From Lophium mytilinum (Eukaryota), in NCBI GenBank assembly GCA_010093605.1, contig MU004190.1, positions 868,001-932,000 of the forward strand: a DNA stretch of 64,000 nt, written 5' to 3'. Positions 63,535 through 64,000 of this stretch are shown in pieces. How positions within the stretch are numbered: position 1 is the stretch's first letter; each line of letters starts with the position of its first letter. Under the pieces are notes generated by a model. That model ran no database searches. It had not been told where the DNA came from and saw only the letters and a list, made by a program, of their open reading frames with translations. Made by a program: the position numbers and the translations under genes.

Positions 63535-64000
63535 GGGCAGCCAGACTGAGTTATCATTTTGGAGTTTGGATATGTAGCACGAGACATATCACGTGCGAGA
63601 GAGGGATTTGAGGTATATATGCTCTCTATCTGGTTCCATGGCTTTCGAATTCTTCGACAGTGTGGGCGGAAGACTCGAGATCTTATGGTGTGTCAAAAGA
63701 GATGGTTGCAATCCTTGATGCCTGGAGACTTCGAGTTGTGCTTGCGAGGAAATCAAGACGGCGCAAAATTCTTGGGTTGATGCTCAGCATCTCAATATCT
63801 CTTTGGTCATTGCCACAGTATATACCCTATCTTTTCGCTTAGCACTATCCATAATGGTACTCATCATCGTCGTTTCATAGACCCAGCACACCCACCCACG
63901 CCGAGCCATTTCACCGCCTCGAAATCCAAATTCGCAGCCATTCGGCTCCGTTGCTGTTGATTTGATCACCACGCCCGATCTTATATCGAAGTTGTTCCTC

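Overview
Eukaryotic, intron-containing DNA from a filamentous ascomycete (GT-AG introns with CTAAC/CTGAC branch sites; probably a Dothideomycete, which is inference only). Recognisable core genes are a CFEM membrane protein, MEU1/MTAP, an Asp f 4-like secreted protein, a Kch1-family K+ transporter, HP1, CCT5, a DUF1752/DUF3295 regulator, and an MFS (DHA1) transporter next to a Zn2Cys6 transcription factor. There is also a 349-bp Tc1/mariner-type MITE. The most unusual part is an accessory-looking block of about 14 kb (17.7-31.1 kb) between KCH1 and HP1. It holds three full genes and one partial copy of a small protein family I cannot name (motif W..AA[FY]xT..VR..IR^xxxH..H[IV]T[IV]xxK..HGY..PH..WP, with an intron at the same phase-2 position in all three full genes). 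These copies are arranged twice as a pair divergent from an SRPK-like kinase, followed by a degenerate DUF7923/CCCH zinc-finger gene. One copy has lost two of the conserved histidines. I propose, as a hypothesis only, a kinase-controlled toxin or nuclease (conflict/defence) module. All exon structures were derived by eye and no database searches were run.
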